From Chiloscyllium plagiosum (lineage: Eukaryota): 34,439 nt of DNA. Below are positions 34,180 to 34,439 of the stretch, piece by piece. Made by a program: the position numbers and the translations under genes. The DNA is taken from positions 2,462,302 to 2,496,740 of the forward strand of contig NC_057757.1 of the NCBI RefSeq assembly GCF_004010195.1, read 5' to 3'. Every line of letters starts with the position of its first letter. The stretch's first letter is position 1. The notes under the pieces are model-generated. The model saw only the letters and a program-made list of their open reading frames with translations, had not been told where the DNA came from and made no database searches.

Positions 34180-34439
34180 GGGACCCTCGGGCAACTCTCT
34201 GTGTGGAGTTTGCACATTCTCCCTGAGTCAGTGAGATTTCCTTCAGGTCCTCCGGTTTCCTTCCACAGTCCAAAGGTGTGCAGGTTAGGGTGGATTGGCC
34301 GTGCTAAATTGTCCCATAGTGCCCAGGGATGTGCAGGTTAGGGTGGATTGGCCGTGCTAAATTGTCCCATAGTGCCCAGGGATGTGCAAGTTAGGGTGGA
34401 TTGGCCATGCTAGATTGCCCCATAGTGCCCAGGGATGTG
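34180..34439 (+). mobile_element. V-SINE with tandem 53-bp expansion, running off the window
   Basis: Units start at 34275, 34328, 34381 and 34434. Confidence 0.85.

Overview
Repeat-dense vertebrate genomic DNA with six assembly gaps. The V-SINE/HE1-like SINEs, CR1/HER1-like LINEs, Deu-domain SINE relics and Penelope-like elements point to a cartilaginous fish (shark-like); this is an inference. The window opens on a CpG-island, probably bidirectional, promoter. One first exon leaves the window to the left on the minus strand, and a long plus-strand multi-exon gene runs to the right. Reading splice signals by eye gives two non-coding exons and seven coding exons (14835-14889, 15781-15898, 19149-19225, 22745-22823, 23421-23502, 29914-29927, 31903-32013). 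These join in one open frame of 178 codons, and the gene continues past the last exon found. The product is a multi-pass membrane protein whose central part resembles the STING (TMEM173) N-terminal transmembrane domain, but with an intron layout unlike vertebrate STING1, so it is a candidate divergent STING-like gene. This call is unverified. The introns hold several Penelope-derived fold-back insertions with 12-14 bp target duplications that carry minimal hammerhead ribozyme cores, a Tc1/mariner-type MITE, a probable solo LTR, and SINE-derived minisatellites. Nearly all ORF-track entries are retroelement debris or gap artefacts.
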